A DNA stretch of 64,000 nucleotides, taken from assembly GCA_039932315.1 (NCBI GenBank), contig JBDTQG010000006.1, forward strand, positions 10,160 to 74,159, given 5' to 3'. Every line of letters begins with the position of its first letter. The first letter of the stretch is position 1. Source of the stretch: Thermoanaerobaculia bacterium (GTDB taxonomy: Bacteria > Acidobacteriota > Thermoanaerobaculia > Multivoradales > JAGPDF01). Of the stretch, positions 38,907 through 48,330 are shown piece after piece. Position numbers and translations under genes: made by a program. A model generated the notes under the pieces. The model did not search any database. It had not been told where the DNA came from and was given only the letters and a program-made list of their open reading frames with translations.

Positions 38907-40013
38907 TCAGGTCATGGTCTTGCGGAACGCCCGGCTGCTCGCGAGCACCAGCACCAGCGCGATCGCGAGGAGGGCCACGACGTGCCCCCACAGATCGTCG
39001 AACGTCGCGCCGCGCAGGATGATCCCGCGCGAGATGGCGATGAAGTGCGTTGCCGGCAGAATCTGCGAGATCGGCCGGATGAAGTCGGGCAGGCTCGAGA
39101 GCGGAAAGATGTAGCCCGACAGCATGATCGACGGCAGCAGGAACATCTGCGCCATCTGCACCGCCTCCATCTGCGAGGTCGCCCGCGACGAAATGAGCAG
39201 TCCGAGCGAGAGGAGCGCCGCGAGGTAGATGATCGACAGAGAGAGGAGGAGGAGGAGCGAGCCGTGAATCGGCACGCGGAACACCCAGACCATCAGCGTC
39301 AGGATCAGCAGCAACTGCAGAAAAGCGAGGACGAGGTACGGAACGAGCTTGCCGATGACGACGCCGACCGGCGACACGGGGGTCACCATGAGCTGCTCGA
39401 GCGTTCCGCGCTCGCGTTCCCGCACGATCGAAAAAGCCGCGAGGAGCGTTCCCGAGAAGGTCAGGAGAATCGCCACCAGACCCGGAATGAGCAGATTCGC
39501 GCTGCGCGAATCTGGATTGAAGAGCATCACCGGATGCGGCGCGATGGGCGGTGCACGCCGCCCCGCTGCCGCCATGAGCTCGTCGACCGAGCGCGACAGG
39601 ACAAGCCCCGTCGCCGCCGCCATCGCCTGCGATGCGACCGAAGAATCCGAGCCGTCGATCAGGATCGAAACGTCGGCGGTTTCGCCGGCGAGACGGCGGC
39701 GCGCGTAGTCGGGTGGAATCTCGATTCCCACCTGCGCGTGTCCGGCGACGATCTCCTCGCGCAGCGCATCGCGCGACGGAACGTAGTCGATGACATTGAA
39801 CAGGCTCGTGTTGACGAAGTCGTCGATCAGCGCCCGGGAGACCTGCGTGCGGCTCTGATCGAACACCACCGTCGGCACGTGCTTGACGTTGCTGTCGATG
39901 AGTCCGAAGAGCGCGAGCTGAAATGCGGGGATCATCAGCGCGAAGCGCAGCGTCGCACCGTCGCGCAGCATCTGCTTCGTCTCCTTGGCGAGGACCGGAA
40001 GCAGGCCTCTCAT
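38907..40013 (-). CDS. ABC-2 family transporter permease (YhiI/YbhS-type exporter membrane subunit)
   Basis: Large N-terminal extracytoplasmic loop, then 5-6 TM helices with an ABC-2 profile ([41 protein letters not shown]). Confidence 0.8.
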   Translation of the reverse strand: MRGLLPVLAKETKQMLRDGATLRFALMIPAFQLALFGLIDSNVKHVPTVVFDQSRTQVSRALIDDFVNTSLFNVIDYVPSRDALREEIVAGHAQVGIEIPPDYARRRLAGETADVSILIDGSDSSVASQAMAAATGLVLSRSVDELMAAAGRRAPPIAPHPVMLFNPDSRSANLLIPGLVAILLTFSGTLLAAFSIVRERERGTLEQLMVTPVSPVGVVIGKLVPYLVLAFLQLLLILTLMVWVFRVPIHGSLLLLLSLSIIYLAALLSLGLLISSRATSQMEAVQMAQMFLLPSIMLSGYIFPLSSLPDFIRPISQILPATHFIAISRGIILRGATFDDLWGHVVALLAIALVLVLASSRAFRKTMT

Positions 40014-41011
40014 GCGGAGGCCGCACTCTTGGCAGCGGCGCCGGCTTCGGCCTGCAGGCGGGTGAGACGGACGAAGACATCCTCGAGGGTCGGCGCAATC
40101 GGGCGAATGTCGACCTTCGTCCCGGCGGCCGCTTCGAGATCTTTCGCCACTCGCGCGTCCGGCACGGACCCTTCGATCAGGAGATGCAGAGCGTTGCCGA
40201 AAATGGTGACTTCGCGCACGTAGTCGAGACCGCGCGCACGCTCCATGACGGATGCCGCACCGCGCGCGCAGGCCGCTTCCACCCGGCGCGTTCCCTCCGG
40301 CGTCACTTCGGGAAGATTCACCAGCTCATCGGGCCGCCCCTGGGCGAGCATCTTCGAGAGATAGAGATACGCGACGCGCCCGCATCGTTCGGCTTCGTCC
40401 ATGTAGTGCGTGGTGACGAGAAGCGTCACGCCGCGGCCGGCGAGCGTGAAGAGAAGGTTCCACAACTCCCGTCGCGCCACCGGGTCGATGCCGGCGGTGG
40501 GTTCGTCGAGAAAGAGAACACGCGGCTCGTGCATGAGCGCCGCGGCGAGCGACAGCCGCTGTTTCCAGCCGCCCGAGAGCTTGCCCGCGAGGCGCTCGCG
40601 ATAGGGATCGAGACCGGTGAGCCCGATCACCCATTCGCGGCGTTCGACGTGGCGCGCCCCGGTCAGACCGTAGACGGACGCGAAGAAGTCCAGATTCTCG
40701 AGCACCGTGAGGTCCTCGTAGAGCGAGAACTTCTGCGGCACGTAGCCGATGCGGCGACGGATCTCCTCGCCGGCGGTGGTGACGTCGAGACCGTCGACCT
40801 TCGCCCGCCCTTCCGTCGGGGCGAGCAGGCCGCAGAGAATCCGGATGAGAGTCGATTTGCCCGAGCCGTTCGGCCCCAGAAGCCCGAAGATCTCGCCGCG
40901 CGGCACCGCGAAAGACACCTTGTCGAGCGCCCGAAACGTGCCGAAATCGCGCGACACCCCTTCGACCTCGATCCCCAGCGGCGACTCCGCCGCGCCCGTC
41001 ACTTCACTCAA
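40010..41011 (-). CDS. ABC transporter ATP-binding protein
   Basis: [14 protein letters not shown] (Walker A), [15 protein letters not shown] (signature), [13 protein letters not shown] (Walker B), TTHYMDEAE (H-loop). TTG (41011) or GTG (41002) start overlaps the HlyD stop. The track ORF's extra 330 N-terminal residues are Arg-rich out-of-frame overlap with the HlyD gene and are rejected. Confidence 0.8.
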   Translation of the reverse strand: MSEVTGAAESPLGIEVEGVSRDFGTFRALDKVSFAVPRGEIFGLLGPNGSGKSTLIRILCGLLAPTEGRAKVDGLDVTTAGEEIRRRIGYVPQKFSLYEDLTVLENLDFFASVYGLTGARHVERREWVIGLTGLDPYRERLAGKLSGGWKQRLSLAAALMHEPRVLFLDEPTAGIDPVARRELWNLLFTLAGRGVTLLVTTHYMDEAERCGRVAYLYLSKMLAQGRPDELVNLPEVTPEGTRRVEAACARGAASVMERARGLDYVREVTIFGNALHLLIEGSVPDARVAKDLEAAAGTKVDIRPIAPTLEDVFVRLTRLQAEAGAAAKSAASA

Positions 41012-41967
41012 GGTGTGGCCTTCCCCGCCGCGGTAGCCGTCTGCAGCTCGACGAACGCCGCCATGCCCGCCTTGAGCTCCGGCGCGTCGTCGATCGCGAC
41101 CTTCACGCCGAACACCTGATCGGCGCGCTGGTCGAGCGTCTGCACGTTGCGCGGCAGGTACTCGGCGCGCTGCCGGATCTCCACCACGCGGCCGCCGAAC
41201 TTCCGGCCGGGAAAGCTGTCGACGAGGATCGCCACGCGCTGCTGGATCGAAACCTGCCCCAGACGCGTTTCGGGAACGTAGACCCGCACCCAGAGCTCTT
41301 TCGGTTCGAGGATGGTCGCGACGGGCTGATTCGGCGCGACGAGATCGCCGGGTCGCAGGTCGAACGCCTCCACCCGTCCCGCGGCGGGGGCTCGCACCGT
41401 GAGCTCTTCCCGCTGGCGCTCGAGATAGGCGAGATCGGACTGCTGCCGCGCGAGCGCGGCCGCCGCCGCGGCGCGGTCTTCGATCCGCGAGCCGCCGTTC
41501 GCCTCTTCCCAGTTCTTCCGCGAGGTGGCTTCCTGCACGAGCGCGCGATCGTAGTCCGCGCGGCCGACAACTCCATCCTTGTAGAGCGCTTCGAGACGTC
41601 CGAGATCGGTCTTCGACGCCTCCCAGGCGATCTTCGCCCGCGCCCGCACCTCCGTCCGAGGACCGGCGTTCGCGAGGTCGGACTGCGCCTTGGCCTGAGC
41701 GATCGCCGCGCGCTGGCCGTCGATCTGGCGATCCAGAAGGTCCGCCTCGAGGACGACGAGCACGTCGCCGCTCGCGACCTCCGCACCCTCTTCGATCCGG
41801 ATCTCCTCGACCCGCCCTCCCACCAGGGAGCCCACTTCGACGAGCCGCGCCTCGATCGAGCCGGAGAGGACGAGATGCTCCTTCTCCGCCGAGCGCTTGT
41901 GCCAGTAGTAGAAGGCGACTGCCGCTACCGCCGCGAGAAGAACCAGCCGCACGAGAATGCGTTTCAT
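41008..41967 (-). CDS. HlyD-family membrane fusion (periplasmic adaptor) protein
   Basis: Start at [22 protein letters not shown] (TM anchor). Coiled-coil plus lipoyl/β-barrel HlyD regions ([41 protein letters not shown]...[12 protein letters not shown]). Confidence 0.8.
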   Translation of the reverse strand: MKRILVRLVLLAAVAAVAFYYWHKRSAEKEHLVLSGSIEARLVEVGSLVGGRVEEIRIEEGAEVASGDVLVVLEADLLDRQIDGQRAAIAQAKAQSDLANAGPRTEVRARAKIAWEASKTDLGRLEALYKDGVVGRADYDRALVQEATSRKNWEEANGGSRIEDRAAAAAALARQQSDLAYLERQREELTVRAPAAGRVEAFDLRPGDLVAPNQPVATILEPKELWVRVYVPETRLGQVSIQQRVAILVDSFPGRKFGGRVVEIRQRAEYLPRNVQTLDQRADQVFGVKVAIDDAPELKAGMAAFVELQTATAAGKATP

Positions 41968-42072
41968 GGCACGAAGCGTATCGAGAAACCCGGGCCATTT
42001 GGCAGGCAGCCGGCCGCGAAGCGCGCCGCAGCGCAAGCGGTTACAATTCACTAGTATCCGATCGGAGGCACC

Positions 42073-42774
42073 TTGACGGCCCTCAATGACGCGACCTCTC
42101 TCGGCGACATCCCGCTTTTCCGGGGGATTCCCGTCGATCGCCTGAAGCGCCTGAACGACGTGATGCACAAGAAGTCCGTTCCGGCCGGTACCAACATGAT
42201 CACCGCCGAGCAGCCCGGCGAAGTGGTCTACGTTCTCCTCGAGGGAACGGTCAAGATCCTCATCGAGCAGATGGACGGGCGGGAGGTCATTCTCGCCTTC
42301 CTCGGCGCCGGGGACACCGTCGGCGAGATGAGTCTCGTCGACTCCTCGGGTCGCTCCGCGAACGTCATGACGATGGAGAAGTGCACCTTTCTCTGGATGG
42401 ACCGGGCGACCTTCCAGGATTGCCTGAAGAATGTCTCGGAGTTCACCCAGAATCTGGTCCGGCTCCTAGCCGGCCGCCTGCGGATGGCGAACGAGCAGAT
42501 CCAGTCGCTGTCGTCGCTCGACGTCGCCGGGCGCCTCGCGCGACAGCTCCTCGCCTTCACCGAACGTTACGGCTCGCCGGAAGAGGCGAACGGCGGCGGC
42601 GTGCGGATCAATCTCCGCCTCACCCAGACCGATCTCGCGGAGCTCGTCGGCGCCTCCCGCGAGCGCGTCAACCAGGTGATGGTCGAGTTCCGCCAGAAGG
42701 GCTACCTGTCGGTCGACAGCTCGCACCACATCCAGGTCCATCAAGCGTCCGCCCTGACGCGCCTCTGCCGCTGA
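42073..42774 (+). CDS. Crp/Fnr-family transcriptional regulator (cNMP-binding domain plus HTH)
   Basis: cNMP-binding β-roll (GEVVYVLLEGTVKI...GAGDTVGEMSLVD) and C-terminal HTH (RLTQTDLAELVGASRERVNQVMVEF). TTG start; divergent from the HlyD operon. Confidence 0.8.
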   Translation: MTALNDATSLGDIPLFRGIPVDRLKRLNDVMHKKSVPAGTNMITAEQPGEVVYVLLEGTVKILIEQMDGREVILAFLGAGDTVGEMSLVDSSGRSANVMTMEKCTFLWMDRATFQDCLKNVSEFTQNLVRLLAGRLRMANEQIQSLSSLDVAGRLARQLLAFTERYGSPEEANGGGVRINLRLTQTDLAELVGASRERVNQVMVEFRQKGYLSVDSSHHIQVHQASALTRLCR

Positions 42775-42960
42775 CGCGCCTCCGGCGCTGAGAAGCCAGC
42801 CGGGCGGAAATGCAGGCCGAGCCTCGCTTCGGCCTCCGCTGATCTTGCATCGGGCCTCTTCCGAGGCTCTCTCCTGCCGCTGAAACGCGCTCCCAAATGA
42901 AAACGGCCCGGAGCGCAACGAGCGCTCCGAGCCGCAGACGGAACTTCCGATTCCCAGTGC

Positions 42961-45900
42961 TTAGGGAACCGTCACCGACCAGAGAGAGGTATTTCCCGTC
43001 TCGAAGTCGCCGTGGAAGATCGTCACCGGGACAGCCACGCAGTTCTGAACCTTGACGTCGTCGATGAACCAGGCGCCGTTCGGACGATTCACCGAGCTGT
43101 CCGAAGCGAAACGGAAGCCGAACTGCACCGTCTGGCCGGCGAAGGCGCTGATGTTCACCACCGACCGCGTGAGCGGCTGCGGATCACCGCACCAAGCCTG
43201 CAGACCGCCGATCGGACTCGTGAACTGCGTGCTCACCGGACCGTCGTAGGGGTCGGTCAGAAGGTTCGCTCCGACGATCTGGGTGAACGTCGCCCCACCG
43301 TCCGTCGAGGCTTCGAGGATGGCACCGTCGAAACAGCCGGTGGTGCCGTTGTGCTCCATCTCCTGGGCGCTCCAGTACTGCAGCGTCAGACCCGAGCCGC
43401 TCGCCGGCAGGATGATCGCCGGGGAGACGAGACGCTGGTCGGAAACGATGCTCGGGCTCGAGGCTCTCCAGGAAGCCGTGCCGGAGTGCGGATTGAGCGC
43501 CGACTGGGCCCAGCTGTTGCCCGTCCCCGAGGAGGTCCAGCCGTTGGCACCGGTCTCGAAGCCGTAATCGTAAAGGCTGGCCGCGGACGTCCCGAGCCCG
43601 CAGTCGCCGGGCAGGGCGACCGTCGAGAACGACCGCGCCGCCGAGTAGCCGCCGTTACCGCAGGTGTTGATGCCACGGACACGCCAGAAGAGCTCTACGT
43701 TCGACGGCAGGTCGGGCGAGACCGTCGTCGACGTCGTTGCCGTCGTGGCGGTCCGGATGACATTGGCGAAAGCGTTGTCCGTTGCCACCTGAAGCTCGTA
43801 CGACGCGACGCCGGTCTGCGCCGCCCAGGTGAAGCTGGTCGCGAGCGGAACGTTCGTCGCACCGGCGCCCGGCGCCGTGAGCGACGGCGCTCCCGGTGAA
43901 GCCGCATAGGCCGTCAGCTGAAGCACGAGATTGAAGCTGGTCGAGCCATCGTTGCCGTTGACGGTGATCGGGTAGTCGCCGGCGGCGACGGCTGCCGTGT
44001 TGCCGATCGTCAGCGTCGACACCGCAGGAAGAGTTCCGACCACCGGATTCGGCGACAGGTTCGTCGTCGAACCCGCCGGGTTGCCACTGACACCGAGAGT
44101 GACCGGAGAGACGAACGGCGGGGTGACCGTAAGCGAATAGACCGCATCGGTGCCGGTGCAGATCGAGACCGCGCTGTTCGCGGCGCCGAGTCCCGCGGAA
44201 GGCGTGACATTCAAACAGCTGCTCGCGGCGCCCATGCAGGCGTCGCTCGCCCCGAACGGCGCGACGACATAGGAGTAAAGCCGGCCGTTCTTCAGCCCGG
44301 CATCGTGGAAGAAGAGCGAGCTCGTCGTGCCGACCATCGCCTTGCCGAAGTTGCAGCCGAACTCGCCTTCCGTGCGATAGATCTTGTAGCGCGTCGCGTT
44401 CGGCACGGCCGGCCACGAGATATCCGCAGCGGTGTCGTTCGGGCTGATGGTCGCCGTGACCGCTGCCGTCGGACCGCCGGCACAACCGCTGACCGTCACG
44501 GCGGGTGTCGCGCACCCGATCTCATGGCGATTGAACGCGTTGGCGATCGACGTCATGTGCGGCGTTCCGTCGGCGAGGCTGCCGTTGTCATCGTCGGCGC
44601 CGAGCAACTGCTGATAGCCGGAGGTGGCGGCGCAGCCGGCGGTGCCTACGGTCGTCCCGAACCAGGTCGTGACGTTGTCGGCACCCATGAAGGCGATCCG
44701 CGTCGCGACCTCGATCGCGGTGTTGGCGTCCATGCCCAGAAGCGGCAGGTCGCGCTTCGCCAGATCCCAGATCGCTTCGGCGTAGAGGGCGCCGCGGCAG
44801 TGGACGTTGCTGCTGGGGCACTGGGCGTTCCCGTTCGCCCAAGTCAGGGTATGCGGAATGGCCGACGTGCGGTGCGCCCAGTCGATGTCGCGGATGCCGG
44901 TGCAACCCGACGCGACTGTGCAGGGATCGCCGTAGCCGCCGCAGAGATCTGTGGTGAAGCCACGCCCGACGCACGAGTTGTCGAGGCGGAGCGCCGCATA
45001 GACGTCGGCGATGCCTTCACCGGGAGTCGAGACGCCGTTCGCGGTGCCGTTGAAGTCGAGTCCATGGCCCCATTCGTGATCGAACACGCCGGCGAGCTCG
45101 CCGGTGTTGAAGCAGCCGCCGCCCGAACGGTAGAAGTTCACCGTGAAGTTGGTGTTGCTCCAGAAAGCATTGCAGGTCAGGTTGATGTTCATGTTGGAGG
45201 TGAGCTGGGCGTTGAGCCAGGTGCTGGCCGGGCCGGCGCTCCACTGACCCCGAGCCATCTCCTTGATCCGGTTGAGCTCGTAGTAGCCGGTGCGGGAGGC
45301 ATGCGTGTCGCCCGCCGAAGCGCCGCTCGGAATGGCGCAGTCGGTGCCGGCACTGACGCCGAGCTCGAGATCGCCGCTGGCGCTGCTCTGGTTGACGGCG
45401 CCGCAGTTGTCGACGATCTTGATGTAAGGCCCGACGAGCTGGGTGGTCATGTTGCCGGTGACGCCGAAGATGTTGCCACCGGAGTCGGCGTTGGCCGTGC
45501 CGCTCGTGTGCGTCACGGTTGCGAAAGGCATCGGATATCCCGGCTGTTCGACGCCGTCCGGAACCTGTCCGTCGTTCGAGGCCGGGAGAACACCGCCATT
45601 GATGTTGCGCGTGGCGTAGCTATTCATGTCCTGGAAGAAAAGGACCTCGCCGCTGTGCGCATCGATCGCGGCCTCGTAGCTCTCGTTGCGACCCGCGAAC
45701 TGCGGCTCGACGATCCATGCCAGCCGGTGCGTGTAGCCGTGGCCGGGCGCGCCGTCGACGCCGACCGGCAGCAGCTCGAGGTGCGGCTTCGCGCTATAGC
45801 CGGACGGCGTGAACGCTTCGAGGTGCGCCACCAGGAGATTCATCGCCTCACTCGCTGAGATCGACGGCTCCGTCGAGACGTCGATCTTGCCCCACTGCTC

Positions 45901-46473
45901 GGCGCCGAGAAGAATGAGATTGCCGTGGCTGACCGTCGCCACGAGGCTCGAACCGCGCACCGGCACGCCGTTCACCTGACGCAGGCCGCGAATCTGGATG
46001 AAGTCGCCGCTTTCGTCGACGCTGGTCCTCGGCGTCAGCTCTTCGGCCGGGATGCGGAGCTCCGCCCGGTGCGCGTCGAGGTAGCGGACGAGCCCGTTCC
46101 AGGCGGAAAGACCCAGCTCGGATTTCGCCGGAGCTTGGCTCTCTCCGAGAGCGGCCCAGGTGAGGTCGTTGCCGACGCCGTCACCCGGAATGAGGGGCGC
46201 GCTCAGCCAGAGCGTGGCCCACTGGCCTCCTCTCGCGTCGATGAAGGCGTAGCGGGAGTCCAGCCCGAGGCGCGCGAGATCGTCGGAAAGTCGGCCGGCG
46301 ACCGCGGACTCGAGCTCCGAAACGGACTTGAGCGAGGGCTCGGTTGCGAGGCCGGCCAGGCGGACTTCCTTGTCCGCGAGGGGCGAAGCCTGCGGCACGG
46401 TCAACGCCGAGGTGATGCCTGCGACCGAGAGGAGAAGGGCGGATGCGGCGAGACAGCGATACCTCTGGTTCAT
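42961..46473 (-). CDS. Large secreted HExxH zinc metalloprotease with fibronectin-III-like and MAM/CBM-like domains, ending in the tail motif
   Basis: Start at MNQRYRCLAASALLLSVAGITSA (signal peptide). Zinc site VFDHEWGHGLDF. FN3-like segments (PNATRYKIYRTEGE, ASYELQVATDNAF). An internal jelly-roll domain begins YDYGFETGANGWTSSG. The C-terminus is PVTIFHGDFETGNTSLWSVTVP*. Confidence 0.7.
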   Translation of the reverse strand: MNQRYRCLAASALLLSVAGITSALTVPQASPLADKEVRLAGLATEPSLKSVSELESAVAGRLSDDLARLGLDSRYAFIDARGGQWATLWLSAPLIPGDGVGNDLTWAALGESQAPAKSELGLSAWNGLVRYLDAHRAELRIPAEELTPRTSVDESGDFIQIRGLRQVNGVPVRGSSLVATVSHGNLILLGAEQWGKIDVSTEPSISASEAMNLLVAHLEAFTPSGYSAKPHLELLPVGVDGAPGHGYTHRLAWIVEPQFAGRNESYEAAIDAHSGEVLFFQDMNSYATRNINGGVLPASNDGQVPDGVEQPGYPMPFATVTHTSGTANADSGGNIFGVTGNMTTQLVGPYIKIVDNCGAVNQSSASGDLELGVSAGTDCAIPSGASAGDTHASRTGYYELNRIKEMARGQWSAGPASTWLNAQLTSNMNINLTCNAFWSNTNFTVNFYRSGGGCFNTGELAGVFDHEWGHGLDFNGTANGVSTPGEGIADVYAALRLDNSCVGRGFTTDLCGGYGDPCTVASGCTGIRDIDWAHRTSAIPHTLTWANGNAQCPSSNVHCRGALYAEAIWDLAKRDLPLLGMDANTAIEVATRIAFMGADNVTTWFGTTVGTAGCAATSGYQQLLGADDDNGSLADGTPHMTSIANAFNRHEIGCATPAVTVSGCAGGPTAAVTATISPNDTAADISWPAVPNATRYKIYRTEGEFGCNFGKAMVGTTSSLFFHDAGLKNGRLYSYVVAPFGASDACMGAASSCLNVTPSAGLGAANSAVSICTGTDAVYSLTVTPPFVSPVTLGVSGNPAGSTTNLSPNPVVGTLPAVSTLTIGNTAAVAAGDYPITVNGNDGSTSFNLVLQLTAYAASPGAPSLTAPGAGATNVPLATSFTWAAQTGVASYELQVATDNAFANVIRTATTATTSTTVSPDLPSNVELFWRVRGINTCGNGGYSAARSFSTVALPGDCGLGTSAASLYDYGFETGANGWTSSGTGNSWAQSALNPHSGTASWRASSPSIVSDQRLVSPAIILPASGSGLTLQYWSAQEMEHNGTTGCFDGAILEASTDGGATFTQIVGANLLTDPYDGPVSTQFTSPIGGLQAWCGDPQPLTRSVVNISAFAGQTVQFGFRFASDSSVNRPNGAWFIDDVKVQNCVAVPVTIFHGDFETGNTSLWSVTVP

Positions 46474-46654
46474 TTCTGCTCCTTGCAAAGAGAGACGGGT
46501 GGAACTACTGCACGGAACCGTCGTCACAGAGCTACTGGCCTAAGGTAGCCGACACTTTACCGCAGCCGAAAGCGCGGGCCAATGCCGGTTTCCCCAGGGC
46601 CCCTGGAACCTCGGCCGGTGCTACGCTCCGCGAGAGATCCTGCGAGGATATTCC

Positions 46655-48289
46655 ATGCCGCTGTCTCGTCGCTTCCTTCGTCTCCGGACGATCCGTCCCG
46701 TCGCTCCCTTCTTGTCGCTGCTGTTTTCTTTTCCGGCGTTCTCCCCTGCACAGGCAGTCGCACCCGCAAACGTGGACCCCTGGGTGCTCGACGCAATGCA
46801 GCGATCGACGCGATCGACGCGGTCGACACGATCTGCGCCATCTGCGCCGGGCAGCGCGGGGACGAGCGAATTCCTCATCGTCATGAAGGAGCAGGCCGAC
46901 CTCTCGGGTGCGGCACGGTTGTCGACGAAAGCCGAGAAAGGCCGCTTCGTCGTCGAGCGTCTGCGGGAGACAGCGGCGCGATCGCAGTCGCCGGTTCTCG
47001 CGACTCTCGCCGCTGCGGGCGTCGAGCACCGCTCGTACTGGGTCGCCAATCTCATCTGGGCGAAGGGCGACGCGAATCTCGTCGCCACTCTCGCCGCGCG
47101 CTCCGATGTGCGCGGAATCGCAGCCAATCCCGTCGTCGCCGGGGAGCGCTCGCGGAGCGGCCAGCTGCCGGACTCTCTCCTCCCCGAAACCTTCGATGCG
47201 ATCGATGCCGTCGAGTGGAACATCTCTCTCGTGAACGCTCCCGCCGTCTGGGCCCTGGGCTATTCCGGTCAGGGCGCGGTCGTCGCGGGCGAAGACACGG
47301 GCTACGACTGGACTCACCTCGCGCTCAAGAGTCACTATCGCGGCTGGAACGGCGCGACGGCGGACCACAACTTCAACTGGCACGACGCGATTCACTCGAG
47401 CACGGGCGACTGTTCAGGCAATCACACCGAACCGTGCGACGACGTCGATCACGGTTCGCACACGATGGGCACGATGGTCGGCGACGACAACAGCGGAAAT
47501 CAGATCGGCATGGCGCCGCAGGCGAAATGGATCGGCTGCCGCAACATGGATCAGGGAAACGGCACTCCCGCGACGTACACCGAATGCTGGCAGTGGATGA
47601 TCGCCCCGACAGATCTCGCGAATGCCAACCCCGATCCAGCGAAGGCGCCGGATGCGATCAACAACTCCTGGGGCTGCCCCGCGGCGGAGGGTTGTGACGC
47701 CAACGCGACGGAAGCGATGCGCCTCGTCGTCGAGAGCGTCCGCGCCGCCGGGATCGTTCCGGTCTCGTCGGCAGGCAACAGCGGCTCCGGCTGTTCGAGC
47801 GTCAGCACACCGGCGGCGATCTACGACGCCATCTTCACCGTCGGCTCGACGACAATCAGCGACTCCATTTCGTCCTTCTCGAGTCGCGGGCCGGTCACCG
47901 TCGACGGCAGCAATCGCCGCAAGCCCGACATCGCGGCTCCCGGAAGCAACGTCCGCTCTTCGGTTCCCGGCGGTGGTTTTGCTTCCTTCAGCGGCACCAG
48001 CATGGCGAGTCCGCACGTCGTCGGGCTCGTCGCGCTGCTGATCTCCGCTGAACCGGCTCTTGCCGGCAACGTCGAGCGGATCGAAGAGCTCATCCGGGAG
48101 GGCGCTGTGCATCTCACCTCGAGCGCCCAGGTCTGCGGTGGACTCTCCGCGACGGTCTATCCGAACAATACATTCGGCTTCGGCCGCATCGACGCGATGG
48201 CGTCGATCGACCTGCTTCTCGCCGGTCTGCTCTTCCGCGACGGTTTCGAGAGCGGCCTCACCGACGACTGGACGCCGACCCTCCCCTGA
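46655..48289 (+). CDS. Secreted subtilisin-like serine protease (peptidase S8) ending in the tail motif
   Basis: Catalytic triad contexts VAGEDTGYD (Asp), DHGSHTMGT (His), GTSMASPHV (Ser). Signal peptide and propeptide present. The C-terminus is LLFRDGFESGLTDDWTPTLP*. Confidence 0.85.
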   Translation: MPLSRRFLRLRTIRPVAPFLSLLFSFPAFSPAQAVAPANVDPWVLDAMQRSTRSTRSTRSAPSAPGSAGTSEFLIVMKEQADLSGAARLSTKAEKGRFVVERLRETAARSQSPVLATLAAAGVEHRSYWVANLIWAKGDANLVATLAARSDVRGIAANPVVAGERSRSGQLPDSLLPETFDAIDAVEWNISLVNAPAVWALGYSGQGAVVAGEDTGYDWTHLALKSHYRGWNGATADHNFNWHDAIHSSTGDCSGNHTEPCDDVDHGSHTMGTMVGDDNSGNQIGMAPQAKWIGCRNMDQGNGTPATYTECWQWMIAPTDLANANPDPAKAPDAINNSWGCPAAEGCDANATEAMRLVVESVRAAGIVPVSSAGNSGSGCSSVSTPAAIYDAIFTVGSTTISDSISSFSSRGPVTVDGSNRRKPDIAAPGSNVRSSVPGGGFASFSGTSMASPHVVGLVALLISAEPALAGNVERIEELIREGAVHLTSSAQVCGGLSATVYPNNTFGFGRIDAMASIDLLLAGLLFRDGFESGLTDDWTPTLP

Positions 48290-48299
48290 CGGGCGCTCG

Positions 48300-48330
48300 G
48301 CCGCGCAGCGCGGCTAGCGCGCTGCGCGGC
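48300..48330. terminator. 13-bp-stem palindrome between the convergent S8 protease and cytochrome genes (candidate bidirectional terminator)
   Basis: GCCGCGCAGCGCG-gcta-GCGCGCTGCGCGGC. It begins 11 nt after the S8 stop and overlaps the last codons of the cytochrome gene. Confidence 0.5.

Noticed and set aside
41012-41998. 330-aa N-terminal extension of the ABC ATPase ORF in the track
   Set aside because: The extension is an out-of-frame overlap with the HlyD gene (Arg/Gly-rich). The ATPase domain begins with a TTG/GTG that overlaps the HlyD stop.
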